Source: Eledone cirrhosa
Lineage: Eukaryota
NCBI GenBank assembly: GCA_964016885.1
Contig: OZ024749.1
Location: forward strand, 45,198,001 to 45,262,000
DNA length: 64,000 nt
Direction: 5' to 3'
Positions 43,834 through 59,400 of the stretch are shown piece by piece (position 1 is the stretch's first letter; each line of letters begins with the position of its first letter). The notes beneath the pieces are model-generated. The model was not told the origin of the DNA, did not search any database, and saw only the letters and a list, made by a program, of their open reading frames with translations. The translations under genes and the position numbers were made by a program.

Positions 43834-44841
43834 ATGGTGGCTGCCAACTCGTTTTCGAGTACGGCCACTACTTTATATCCATGTAGGAGAACCCCTACCA
43901 ATGCGCTGAACGAGTGTGACTTTTTAGTCCAGCCAGCTACTTGAAAACTCTGGTACAAACACTACATTTGTGACAATTATTGACACAGTGCTGGGCCCAT
44001 GGTACCATGTGATGACAAGTGCAGAGAGATCTACAGATATAAAGAAATGCCTGTGCCGTGAAACTTTTATAGTGAGCAAAGGCACTGCACAAAGCTAGTC
44101 CCACTCTCTTAACCAAGATGATATTTACCAAAAAGAAGAACAAGTCAACATCATTGGATACCATCAGAGTTGCAGGTGTTATATCAGAGTTTTCCTTCTC
44201 CTAGAATTCTGCCTTGGCAAAAGCTAGGGGGTCATCCTCTCCCGGTGATTTTGGATGGCCATTGACTCTTAAGAATCCTTTGACAGGTATTGTTTTTAGT
44301 CCTGCAGGATGTCCAAAGTCACCATCCTCACCAAGAAACCTTGGTGGGGTTGCTAGTTTAGTCGCCAACGACCCGACCATGAGACAGGTTGTACTGGGAT
44401 ACATGTTACCAGTAGCACCAACTGGTGACCGAACACAATATATACATATTATATATACATACACATACATACACGTATACATACACATATATACATATAC
44501 ATACATACTTACATACATATACATACATACATACACACACACACCTATATATATTTATATATATATATATACATACATACATAGATACATACAGACATAT
44601 ATATATATATATATACATACATATATACATACATACATATATACATACATACATACATATATATATATATATACATACACATATATACATATACATACAT
44701 ACTTACATACATATACATACATACATACACACACACACATATATATATATTTATATATATACATATACATACATACATACATATATACATACATACATAT
44801 ATATATACATACATACATACATACATACATACATACATACA

Positions 44842-44873
<32 letters not shown>

Positions 44874-45256
44874 CATACATATATATACACACATACATAT
44901 ATATATATATATACATACATATATACATATACATACATACATACATATGGTGGCTGCCAACTCGTTTTCGAGTACGGCCACTACTTTATATCCATGTAGG
45001 AGAACCCCTACCGATGCGCTGAACGAGTGTGACTTTTTAGTCCAGCCAGCGACTTGAAAATTCTGGTACAAACACTACACTTGTGACAATTATTGACACA
45101 TAGTGCTGGGCGCATCGTACCATGTGACGACAAGTGCAGATAGATCTCCAGATATAAAGCAATGCCTGTGCCGTGAAGCTTTTATAGTGAGCAAAGGCAC
45201 TGCACAAATCCAGTCCCACTCTCTTAAACAAAATGATATTTACCAAAAAGAAGAAC
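43834..45256. mobile_element. Retroelement remnant with ~310-bp direct duplication (43834-44141, 44947-45256) in (TACA)n
   Basis: Direct repeat visible; middle 44090-44435 resembles 54880-55380. Confidence 0.6.
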
Positions 45257-45291
45257 ATACATGCATACATACATACATACATACATACATT

Positions 45292-45335
<44 letters not shown>

Positions 45336-45338
<3 letters not shown>

Positions 45339-45912
45339 CTTAAATTAATATTATTTTCATTTATATATTTATACTCGGTGTTTTCCTTGAGTGCTATCAA
45401 TATTTGTGACTAATCCCAGCTTTTTTTAAAAAAGACTGCGATAATATTGCTTATGCTGAACTTTAGTTGAGTTTTTTCGGAATGTTTTGACTGTTGTTTC
45501 TTGTAAACTGCTTTTTCATCTCATTCCGCCATCACTAGTTTGTTTTCACGTGTGTTTTGTTATTTATTTCTACGCGCTGTCGCTTGCCTACTTTTAACTC
45601 TTAGTGGATTATTTTTTCCCCTCGGTAGTTTAGCAGTGTTGATTTTGTTAATGTGTTGAGCACTACTGACGATCGACTCCAACCGTAACTAACCCCACTG
45701 AAAAGTTTCGTGAAATGGTCTTTTAAGACTATATAGTGCATTTGTAGTTTTCTCCCATTTGACGGTTCAGTATTACTTCTTGATTTTATTTTGAATTAAG
45801 ATTGTATTGCTTTTTCCTCTCATCTTGCATTAAATATTTTTTCATCTTGATGGTATAGTCACTTATATATCTGAATTATTGTTGGCATTTTGCTTACATT
45901 AATTTTATTTTC

Positions 45913-45921
<9 letters not shown>
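45336..45921 (+). mobile_element. Terminally redundant element (family K), 554-bp period
   Basis: 32-bp direct repeats 45336-45367 and 45890-45921 (2 mismatches), TA both sides. Confidence 0.78.
45660..45739 (+). ncRNA. Canonical type I hammerhead with stable stem III (family K)
   Basis: GCACUA CUGACGA U-CGA..UCG-U GAA AUGGUCU-UUUA-AGACUAU A UAGUGC; perfect 6-bp stem I. Confidence 0.9.
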
Positions 45922-45960
<39 letters not shown>

Positions 45961-46343
45961 GTATACGTGGGGACACTACTCATATGTTTATATTGAAAAA
46001 TAGATAGAGATGTAGATCGTGGGGCTCGATCAATGTGTGGGAAAGAGTATGTGAGATAGGACAGAGTGAATGGTAACACAGAAGCTACAGATACTGAAAC
46101 ATGTAGAAAGATAGAGTAAGTTCATATTGGGATGGATAGGAGGTTGTTGAAGAAATATAAGTAGAGCAAACTAGAATATATAAGAAGTAAAAAAAAAAAA
46201 TCGAGCTATTTTGATGGGGAAAATATTTAAGATTTAAGATTTAATGCATACATATGCATGAGGCTGGTAGGGGGATATTCGCATATGACAAATCGATAGA
46301 TAATCAGAGAGATTGATGGATACGTACATACATATACATACAT

Positions 46344-46396
<53 letters not shown>

Positions 46397-46496
46397 TGCA
46401 TTCTGATCTGATTGTTGCTAGATAAGTTAGATACGCTTTCATTTATGTATGTATATACATTTATATACATACACACACACACACACACATACACAC

Positions 46497-46538
<42 letters not shown>

Positions 46539-46577
46539 GTGTATATATAAATATTTATATATATACACACTTGCGTG

Positions 46578-46639
<62 letters not shown>

Positions 46640-46643
46640 CATG

Positions 46644-46722
<79 letters not shown>

Positions 46723-47343
46723 ATAAGTATATATATATATGGGTGAGATTCAAATACGTTGATAAACCATTGTATGTCTCAATATGTGCACATTTATCAG
46801 AATGAACATACGCTGCGTTCTATGACGTTGAATAACTCAATTTGTCTTTATAATCATCTAATTTATATCATTAAGAATTACGCTCTCAATGAAGCTACTT
46901 TTACTAGGTGTGAATTCATTCATACCCATATGTATTATAATCATATATAGTGGTTCATGTATCAGTATAAGATCTGGTTAAAACATAGACCTACTCGGCT
47001 GGGCAGACCTGAGAGCTTTTCTATTTGCCACCATGAGTGTCTACTCGAATAAGTCCAACATAGAACGAGAGAGACGAGACAGCTTAGCACTGCTTACTCA
47101 AAAGATATTGAGTATGTAACAGGCGACAATTTTGCGCAGCTCCCTAACATTAAATTAGAGGGCAGCCCGTAATGACCTAATGGCTAAAGTATTGAGAGAT
47201 TACATCCATGTTTAAAAATATAGATTCAATCTCAATGTTTAAATATAAATTCAGGACAAATCACTGGGCTATGTCTGTGTATCTATCACATATACCCACT
47301 TTCTTTCTCTCTTTTTCTCCTTTTCTCTCAGTACATACACACA

Positions 47344-47382
<39 letters not shown>

Positions 47383-47455
47383 CTATCTACCTATCTAACT
47401 AACTCACTCTACCGCTCTCTCTCACTCACTCACTCTCTATATATATATAAATATA

Positions 47456-47633
47456 TTTTGGCACAAGGCCAGCAATTGCCCAGTGTATTACTGGTACTTT
47501 ATTTTATTGAGCCCGTAAGGATGAAAGGCAAAGTTAACCTCGGCGGGATTTGAACTCAGAATGGCAAAGGCCGTAACTCTACGAGTCAAAGCATGGCGTC
47601 CGGCCCTCTACCGATACTGCCAATTCCCCGCCC
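47456..47633 (-). mobile_element. S1 SINE
   Basis: Similarity to other S1 copies. Confidence 0.9.
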
Positions 47634-47723
47634 TGCTGAGATAAATTATAATAAAACTGGTTAAAACATCAAATCTAAAGAAATACACGTACGTTTGAGA
47701 AACGATCAACTTGTATACGTACG

Positions 47724-49310
<1,587 letters not shown>

Positions 49311-49386
49311 ATATATATATAGAGAGAGATATGTATATATATATATATACATATATGTATGTGTATATATATAGAGAGAGATATGC

Positions 49387-49490
<104 letters not shown>

Positions 49491-50549
49491 ATATATATAT
49501 ATGTATATATTCAAACACGTGTGTGTGTGTATGTAATTTCTCTATGTATGATTATGTGTGTGCTTGCGTGTATGTGTGAGAGTATGTATGCCTAGCATAG
49601 TGAAGTGAAACGAATGGGGAATGAAACGCAGTTGACAAAGGGATGTATGCTATTGTTGGTACTAAGAAATGGAAGGTTATCTCATGCTGTTTTATTAACA
49701 ATGAATTTGTTCATTCTGTTTGTAGTGTTGTTTGGTGGAACCAGTGGTGGGTAGTGTCTAGCTTTTTATTATGTCTTACATGTAAATACATACTCACTTA
49801 CATACTATATATATATATATAAATAAATGTGTGTATGTGTTTGTGTATATATGTATTTATGTATATATATATATATAAATATAAACATATTCTTTTATTC
49901 TTTTATTTATTTGACTCAGCCATTGAACTGCTGTCCTGCTTGAGCGTAGAACTCAGGTGTTTAGTCGATAGTATCGATTGCAGTTTGTATTTCATCAATC
50001 ATTATTTGTCGAAGCGCTATGTTACGGTGATATAAATATATACAACGCAGGAGTTTGGGACGGTAAACATAAAAACAATGGCATTCAGTCACACACAATC
50101 ACACACACACACAAGCACACAAACACTAACACACTGATAGAGAGCGGGGCATGTATATATATATATATATATACATAAGTATATGTAGCACATATTCAGT
50201 ATATAATTCACATACACTTTGTTTTTCTTTTATATGTTGGCTTCAAATTTTGACCAGTACATAAGGCGCATGCTAGTTTTTGCCAACCTGTTGCAACTTC
50301 ATTTAATACTACATTAAAACAAAAAAATCACGGATGAAATAATCTTAACAAATGGCAATATAGTCCAGGAAAATTCTGGGAATCATAAATATACCAATTT
50401 GATTTTAACTCTTTGAAATGATTGAAACATATAACTAATACTTTGAAATGATCACTCCTTGATTGCCCGATGATAGATGCAACATCTGATGGAGATTAGG
50501 GTTACAACTGTCGGACAGAGAAATTTGCATACATGTTTCGTTCTCGTCA

Positions 50550-50629
<80 letters not shown>

Positions 50630-50752
50630 GGAGGTGAGTTTTATTGTAGTACAATAAAGCAATGCAGATATCGGATAAGAAGCACTCTACAGTTTGTAGG
50701 ACTGGAGTATGCATAATATAAGATCAAAAGATGGTTAAAGGAGTTCAATATA

Positions 50753-50819
50753 TTTTATTATGCGCATTTCAAAAACAAACATCATCAAACAATAATATTT
50801 GTGTTTTCATCAGATAAAA
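50753..50819 (-). ncRNA. Minimal type I hammerhead (family L, left arm)
   Basis: Exact inverse of 50953-51019. Confidence 0.87.
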
Positions 50820-50952
50820 CAGGAGAACATGATATGAAGGCTAAAAAAACACTTGTTGATAGTGCAGTTTTAAATCAACATATCCATGATATGTTGATTT
50901 AAAACTGCACTATCAACAAGTGTTTTTTTAGCCTTCATATCATGTTCTCCTG

Positions 50953-51019
50953 TTTTATCTGATGAAAACACAAATATTATTGTTTGATGATGTTTGTTTT
51001 TGAAATGCGCATAATAAAA
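50953..51019 (+). ncRNA. Minimal type I hammerhead (family L)
   Basis: UUUUAU CUGAUGA AAAC-ACAAAUAUUAUU-GUUU-GAUGAUGUUUGU-UUUU GAA AUGCGCAU A AUAAAA. Confidence 0.87.
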
Positions 51020-51077
51020 TATATTGAACTCCTTTAACCATCTTTTGATCTTATATTATATATATATATATATATAT

Positions 51078-51609
51078 ACGTGGTTTTGTCTTTGCGTGCT
51101 ATTGTTCTCCACGCTCCACATATGACTTATTATCTTCGTTTTTTCGTTCATTGCCAGAGAACGTCTCTATGCACCACCTAAGAGAACATTAGTCTACGAC
51201 CTCTTTTATACCATAAACGAGGTTCTGTCTTTGCGCGTAATTCTTTTTCACCGCTCCTATTAATTGTTTCTACTTTAGGCACAAGGCCAGCAATTACCCA
51301 GTGCATTACTGGTACTTTATTTTATCGACCCCGTAAGGATGAAAGGCAAAGTCAACCTCGGCGGGATTTGAACTCAGATCGTAAAGGGACGTAACTACGC
51401 TCCTATTAATGACGTATTATTCGTTTTTTCCCGTTCTTTGCCAGCGAACGTTACCACGAACCTAAGTATCGTCTTCCTGTCTTCCTCCGGTTGCAACGTT
51501 TTTTGAAATATCCAGTTCTGCGTTTACAGATTGACTTTGTTAGTTTCAGAAGATCCCGTTAAGGGTGAAAGCAGCGATTCTTTGCTTAAACTTTAATCTG
51601 TTATTTTAA

Positions 51610-51615
<6 letters not shown>
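51078..51615 (+). mobile_element. Family F copy (HHR fold 51526-51601) interrupted by a SINE
   Basis: Colinear with 17558-17950; CAGAAGA at 51547. Confidence 0.87.
51265..51397 (-). mobile_element. 5'-truncated S1 SINE nested in family F, 13-bp TSD
   Basis: CGCTCCTATTAAT at 51252-51264 and 51398-51410; single copy at empty site 17732-17744. Confidence 0.95.
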
Positions 51616-51672
<57 letters not shown>

Positions 51673-51710
51673 TTGACGAGATATATATATTCTTCCAATA
51701 ACATTACAAG

Positions 51711-51796
51711 GGATCTGACGAGCCGCGGATTACAGAGTCAGGTCAGATCGATACAGATCGAACCTTGATGTGGTCAGTGGCGAAACGCGCGTCACC
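51711..51796 (+). ncRNA. Type I hammerhead (A-like)
   Basis: CUGACGA GCCGC..GUGGC GAA ACGCGCGU C ACC then AAUAAA; stem I weak. Confidence 0.75.
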
Positions 51797-51854
51797 AACC
51801 AATAAACGTAATGAAAGAGTAACCAATCGTGTTTGTTATCTTATTTAACTATAT

Positions 51855-51936
<82 letters not shown>

Positions 51937-51941
<5 letters not shown>

Positions 51942-52094
51942 TATCTGACCTGATTGGTTTTTTCGTTGCTTTGGTATCATGTGGCTAGGCTTGCCTGTCG
52001 CTGTTTTCAATTTGGTTTTCAATTTGTCAAGCTATCTAACGTATGTTATTACTCTAGGTTGACACAACCTTATCGAGCTCTTTGCTGCACATTC

Positions 52095-52097
<3 letters not shown>
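51937..52097 (+). mobile_element. 3' fragment related to family I
   Basis: Aligns to reverse complement of 13130-13275 (TGTCAAGCTAT..AACGTATGTTATTACTCTA). Confidence 0.75.
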
Positions 52098-52189
<92 letters not shown>

Positions 52190-52191
<2 letters not shown>

Positions 52192-52630
52192 CCGCCTCTT
52201 CATTGTTGTTGTGGAGTCTGTGCTGCTGTACGGGTCTGAGACTTGGACACTGACCAAGAAACTCACTCACATGGTGGATGGGTGTTACACCAGAATGCTG
52301 AGGATGGCTCTGAACATTAATCAGTATACACTGAGGATGAACAATTCAGAGCTGTATGGGAGCCTCCCAAAAGTGAGCTCAAAAGTGATACAGAGGAGAG
52401 TGAGGTTAGCTGGACATGCTCACCGACATCCAGAGTTGACATTGCACTCAGTGCTCCTGTGGGAGCCCCTACATGGACACATTGGAAGAGGAAGACCAAG
52501 GTTAACGTATGTTGATGCCCTAAGGACAGACACTGGTCTGTTGGAGACGCAGGACATGGTAGCGATAATGAGGGACAGAGACCGCTGGAGAGAACTCGTC
52601 CATGGATCTCGGGAATTTTACCCGCCCTAG
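52190..52630 (+). mobile_element. RTE-type (RTE-X-like) LINE 3' end, open frame
   Basis: ESVLLYGSETWTLT..DGCYTRMLRMAL..LAGH..RHPE..GRP motifs; joined to (TA)n. Confidence 0.88.
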
Positions 52631-53365
52631 ATAGATATATGCATTCATAATTATACGTGTGCAGTGTGATTTTTTTAATAACAGTTGATTTTAATCAACT
52701 TAACGGTCTCTGAGAATCATGTTACAAATGACAGTGAACGTTGTGGATGCCGTTGTTACTGTAGCTGGGCTGATTATGATGAAGGAAATAATCATGTGGA
52801 TAATGAAGATGAAAATGATGATGATGATGATGATAATGATAATGATAATGATAATGATGATGATGATGAGGAGGAGGATGAGGAGAAGGAGGTGGGCGTT
52901 AGCGATGATGTTATAATGATGGTGATAGTGATGGTGATGATGATGCATTCTTCCTAACATTTCCCTGAGGGTTGGCAAATGAAAAGCAATTGGAGAGAAG
53001 AACATTGACAATTGACATGGAATATGACATTGTCAATGAGTAGAGTACTGGATAGTATGAAACGTTGACAACTGACAATGCAGTGTATGGACATGTACAA
53101 TAAAATTTGAGTGGTCGTTGCAAGTATTCGTACACTGTCAGTATAGATAGAAAGCTTCATGGATTCTCATTTTCACATGTTGCAGGAAGGACTCACTGAA
53201 TGAGTAGAGCGCTAGACTAAAGATCCTGTACCATTTAGTTGCGTGTCTTCAAATTATGTCAAATTCCTCTTCATTTTTTTTCTTTCTTGAAGAGGCTGAA
53301 AAGTATTTTCAAGGAAGAACTGAGATTGATTATTATCGGGTCCCAAACAATAGTTATACATGCAT

Positions 53366-53398
<33 letters not shown>

Positions 53399-53462
53399 CA
53401 CGTTTACATTTGGTGGTTTACCACTGTGTAGAATTGAACATTAAGCAATGTTAACCACTGTA

Positions 53463-53520
<58 letters not shown>

Positions 53521-53521
53521 G

Positions 53522-53625
<104 letters not shown>

Positions 53626-53874
53626 TAATAGATTAAAGTTTTTTACTATATATATATATATATATATATAGATGTGAGAAAACACACAGACCCTCCATCT
53701 CCACTCTACTTTTGAAAAGCAGAAGAACTGCCAAACCGGTAAAGGAACCAAATAAATATATATATTTAAAAGAAAAAAAGACTCCAGTTGCATTTTCGAT
53801 TTCATCTTTTTTCCTTATACTTTCACTCGTGTAGGACACCTCGATTATTTTTCATTTTGTAAGAAAAACCTCAC

Positions 53875-53951
<77 letters not shown>

Positions 53952-53958
<7 letters not shown>

Positions 53959-54122
53959 TAAAATAACAGATTAAAGTTTAAGCAAAGAATCGCTGCTTTC
54001 ACCCTTAACGGGATCTTCTGAAACAAACAAAGTCAATATTTGCTCTACGGTTCTTATATATTTGATATATATTTATCCTTATCGAGCCCTCTTTGGATTT
54101 TAGTCTTCAAATTTATTATTAT

Positions 54123-54126
<4 letters not shown>
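53952..54126. mobile_element. Family F: minus-strand HHR fold (53966-54037) fused to plus-strand tail
   Basis: TCTTCTG at 54014-54020 (= CAGAAGA); junction microhomology AATAT. Confidence 0.85.
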
Positions 54127-54185
<59 letters not shown>

Positions 54186-54458
54186 TTCATTGTTCCTATA
54201 TTTAATGCGATGAGTTTTATCACCATTTTTATGTTTTGTCAATACGCACAGTAGCACGATTTCACCAACGCACATGCTTTTAATGGGCGCACACACAGAC
54301 ACACTGGGGAATGCTATAAAATACTTCACGTACCAAAAATAACACACGCACATATATATATTATACATATTCGTAAAAATCAAATGTGTGTAAGTTTGGA
54401 TATACGCAAATATACACTTTTACATGTATATTATACACACACATATATATATATACAA

Positions 54459-54497
<39 letters not shown>

Positions 54498-54498
54498 A

Positions 54499-54560
<62 letters not shown>

Positions 54561-55710
54561 GTATAAATATATGCACACAATCTAACGTTGAGTTTGATAA
54601 CCCTACAGGTCGCTAGTGGTTTCTGTACACATTTTAACTTATGTATTAAGTTTTATATTTCCTTGTACATTGAATTACACTGGTTACGCACCCATACACA
54701 GCCATTGATATATATAGATGCATATTTAGATATATATATACATAGACACGTACATACATGATACATAATGGCTGCCCCCTCGTTATCGAATAAGGCCATT
54801 GCACGATATACCATTATTAGTAATTATTAATTAATTCTATCGTTCAATGTCTGTGCGCAAAGGATTTTTTTAAAGTGAGGAAAGACTCTGCACTGAGCCA
54901 ATCCCACTCTCTGAGCGACAGTAGCTATAACCCGAAAAGAAGAAAAGATCAACATCATCGGTAACTACTGAGCCGCAGGTTTTATTATCGGAGTTATCCC
55001 AGTTTCCTGAGTTGCCTTCTAGAAGAATGCTCTGACAACGTCTAGGGGTCCTTCACTGCCAGTGGTTTAACCGCGCAATCAGGTATCCAGCTCAATTATT
55101 TCTATGTCCCCGAGCATATACATACATATGCATACACATATATACACACACATATATACACATGTACATACATATTTACACACTTTTGGACGGCCCTTGA
55201 AACTTATGAGTTCTTCTGCAATTTGTCAGGTTTTGTGTTTTTTTTCTTGCAGGATGCCCAAAATCACCCTCCTCACAAAGTAAACTTGGTGGGGTTGACG
55301 GTTTAGTCACCGATAACCCGACTATGTGACAGGTTGTACTGGGTTACATGTTATTAGTAGCACTCGAGAGTGACCCGACATAATACATACATACATACAT
55401 ACATACATACAATTTACAGTGTAGGTAAACAGTAACCCATTCAAGAGTGACAATCCTTTCTGAACTGCTGATGAAGGCATCATATTTCCACACATCTTTA
55501 TGTACGCATTACTGCAAGTAATGTGAATGTGACCTGCGATAGAATATATTAATTATTCATATCAATATGTAGCATGTTTTTATATTGATGATATTCTTCC
55601 CATTAGCTGCATGTATATATAATTGTATTAAGTTAGTTTTTTGCCTCTATTCATTGCTCTCACGATATTCACGTTTAATAATATTTTCGGGCTAACTGCG
55701 ATATATTTTT

Positions 55711-55890
55711 GCAGTATCGGTAGAGAGTCGGACACCATGCTTTGAAGCATAGAGTTACATCCCTTTATGATCTAAGTTCAAATCCCGCCGAGGCTAACTT
55801 TGCCTTTTATCCTTACGGGGTCGATAAAATAAAGTACCAGTAATGTACTGTGTAATTGCTGGCCTTGTGCCTAAAATAGAAACACTTATT
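55711..55890 (+). mobile_element. S1 SINE
   Basis: Similarity to other S1 copies. Confidence 0.9.
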
Positions 55891-55924
55891 AAAACATCTA
55901 ATTTCTCTTAGTTTATACAAACAG

Positions 55925-55967
<43 letters not shown>

Positions 55968-56147
55968 GGTGTGTGCGTGTGTGTGTGTGTACTAAACTAC
56001 TATTTTACTGTACGTAGATTGTATACAATCATTGCTACAATAACTATAGTGCATTATCGATGATGCTGCTGCCCCCTCCTCTTCCATCCCCTCCCTCCCT
56101 CTTCCTCTCACTCCTACTACTACTACTACTACTACTACTAATCATAA

Positions 56148-56345
56148 TAATGGTTTATAGTATAGGCACAAAGCCAGTAATTTGGGGTTAGGGGAAAGTC
56201 AATTAAATCGACCCAGTACGTTGCTGGTGCTTTATTTTATCGACCCCGTAAGGATGAAAAGCAAACTTAACCTCGGCGAGATTTTAACCAGAACGCAAAG
56301 GGCCATAACTCTATGCTACAAAGGATGATATTTGGCGCTCTACTG
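56148..56345 (-). mobile_element. S1 SINE long variant, diverged
   Basis: Similarity to 15437-15635. Confidence 0.82.
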
Positions 56346-56586
56346 ATTATTATCACTAAAACCACTAACGATACAGCCATTTTCTAATATTTATGAATCA
56401 TGTATATGTTCGATAATTATAATATGCTTCGTTGCCTAATTAAAGTTTTCGCTTAGCAGCTACGAGGATTCAGGTTGTGTCCCATAGTGTGGGACCTTAA
56501 ACTGTCATTTGAGTGAAATTTAATAGAAGAAAAGTGCATAATCCGTTTGTGTTTACTCTTTTATATACACGACTGGTTCGACCAAT

Positions 56587-56676
<90 letters not shown>

Positions 56677-56678
56677 AG

Positions 56679-56732
<54 letters not shown>

Positions 56733-57126
56733 CTGGAGACGCTATAATATCATTAATTTTCTTTTAGATTTTAGGTTTTCATTGTAACATTCAGATAAAG
56801 AGGTTTCATGGCGGCAGTTTATTTTGGCTCTATATAAACAAATTCAACGAAGCAGTTTCGTTTCCCAGTGGGAGACAGTCAATTTACTTACTTCCAACAT
56901 GATTCTCTACTTGAATGTTATAAAGACGGTACGTAGCTGGTTTGGGATGCATGGGAGTGAGGAAGAAGTGAGTGAAGAATACCCTCCATTCACACAAAAA
57001 TGAAGGTCACAACTCCTATTAATTATTTAATCCATTCTCAAAATTAATAACGACTACACCAGTAAAAGCTTTGTCTGGTAATTATTAGCATATTATTTAT
57101 GAGTGCATACATATATACACTTAGAT

Positions 57127-57234
<108 letters not shown>

Positions 57235-57849
57235 GCAGGTTACCCGTAGATATAAGGGAACAAAAAGTTCTCAATCAGGTACGAGGGAAATTATTTAGTT
57301 TATATTCAAGTTCATACCCTTAACATGTATTCACAACTATGGTTACCCATTTATACTGGAGTAACGTTTCTAAAATGTCTACTTGTACCTAAGGAGAGAG
57401 GTCAGATTTACCACTGCTACTCCACTATACAATGGTACACAGTGGCCCCGAAACTTAAGTCGCACATACATGCTAATTGTTCGAATTTTGATATAAACTA
57501 AGTGCTTTATAAGTGATGAAAAATTAAACACGCCTGTTACATAAGCAAATGTGTCGAATCATATGTCATAAACTGGCTCTGTATTAGCTGGGATCGAAGG
57601 TGCTAGAAGTAAAGAAATTGGGTTGTCTCAGCTGTACTATCAATAAATAATATAGTAGTCAGCGTTAAACATGATCGCAAGCTGAGCAAAACTAGCACAT
57701 CTTTTGGAAGTTTCAGAGAGTATCTGAGCTTGAAAAAGTTAGCTTAACGTTCGGAATATTAGGAAGGTGACTGTGATATATAAAGTCCAGCTCTACATTC
57801 AGACTTTTGAGAGTGCCATTATGAAACAAAGAGCCCAGATCTATCCTAA

Positions 57850-59400
57850 TGAAGAAACGAAGTGAGGTATTTTGCACCACAATAATCCAAGACATAAATG
57901 TAAAACTCCAGGCACGTATAAGCCTGTATATATTCATGATGGGATACATACACATCACGTGGAAATGTAATGCCATCTCCCTATTCTGGAGAAAATATTA
58001 TTGCATTGACGCATTGGCTGTTTCGGCTATGTACATTGATGGGAAAAGCATTGGTAACCGATAGCGCTACGAGAAATTCCGCAAAATTTCACACAGCTGA
58101 ACGTCAGTATTTTAGGACAAAATTTAGAAAACATCAATCCACGTTTCATATAACAATTCCTGTTTTGCATATAGACAGCCATCGTCAATATCAACGGAGA
58201 GTTTATCAGCGTCCAGTAGCACGTAAATAAACAATTCATTGAATGTGCAAATACCATTTCTGACAATTCCCCGAAGCGACCTTCGGAAACACTTGACCTC
58301 TTCGTTCTCAAACTATTTTGACCCAATAATGCTAATCTATTACTTCTTTTCCCGTTCATACCCATCTAAAACAACAAAAATCTCATCTTTAAAATGACCC
58401 TGTAGCATTCCTTCTTACAAATATTTTTCTAGATCTCAGTCTTGCATCATACCACGAGAATATGAATGTCAGAACTAGTAGCATTAGTTGTACAATTATA
58501 GTAAGAGTAAGGACATGTTTGGTAACAGTTGAAGAGCTTATAAGTATGTATGTAAGAACGACGGTATATATATATATAGTAATAATAGTAATAATAATAA
58601 ATTTGAAGACTAAAATCCAAAGAGCGCACGATAAGGATAAATATATATCAAATATATAAGAACCGTAGAGCAAATATTTATTAAAATAACAGATTAAAGT
58701 TTAAGCAAAGAATCGCTGCTTTCACCCTTAACGGGATCTTCATAACAGATTAAAGTTTAAGCAAAGAATCGCTGCTTTCACCCTTAACGGAATCTTCAGA
58801 AGATCCTATTTTTCAATTAATCACTAAATATCTTGCTCTAAGTTCCTTGGATATTTTCAGGGAGAATGAGCATGTTGTAAATGTGCAATTCCTTAGTGAG
58901 TTTCCCTTAATTTTCCTTTTTGCCAACTTTATTCATAAAGGTTTCATCAACCCTACCCAAGATTCTACTCACAGAACACCATGTTTACAAAATGGACCTC
59001 TTAACCGTTCAAATATCTCTGCAGCTTCAATGACAGCGCCTTGGAAGAGTTATTAGATATGTTCATTAGAGTTATTAACGTAGTCCTCCTACTCTGTATG
59101 TTCTGAATGCAAGCCACTACATGATTTAATATTCCTCACGTGCATTCGGACAAGATAATGTATTAGTCTATGAAAGAGGATTAAGGAAATTAAGAGAGAT
59201 TCAGATGGTATGCCACACAATGTATATTCGGTTTACTTTTTACATATGACTTCAATGATTTGAGCTCGGACGCTGTGTCCAAGGCATGTCAGCCATCGCC
59301 ATTACCTTGCAGATAAGATCTGTCGGCAAGCTCGGCCGATTTCAGCTTGTGACATCCCCAAGCTTGTGAAAGGCATGTTACTGTGAACAACAATTACTTG
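57850..59400 (+). pseudogene. Possible heavily decayed hAT-related transposase
   Basis: Ordered peptide scraps FHTAE, FANFIHK..PCLQNGP, HPQACERHV recall the PCHTQAVER class of transposases (from memory); many stops and frameshifts. Confidence 0.3.
58578..58806 (-). mobile_element. Family F copy with tandem duplication of the ribozyme segment
   Basis: ATAACAG..ATCTTC twice (58686-58741, 58742-58797) then the TTC-A-GAA turn. Confidence 0.85.

Larger units (their letters stand above)
50627..51059. mobile_element. Family L: 172-bp perfect fold-back plus tail
   Basis: Arms 50713-50884 and 50888-51059, 3-bp apex, TA flanks. Confidence 0.85.

Noticed and set aside
50463-50517. CCGATGA plus TAGATG/CATCTG hairpin
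   Set aside because: Multiple core mismatches; not supportable
52685-52957. Acidic Asp/Glu-rich ORF
   Set aside because: (GAT)n/(GAG)n trinucleotide repeat
55462-55558. CTGATGA followed by a long stem
   Set aside because: GAAA replaced by GATA and no convincing stems I or III
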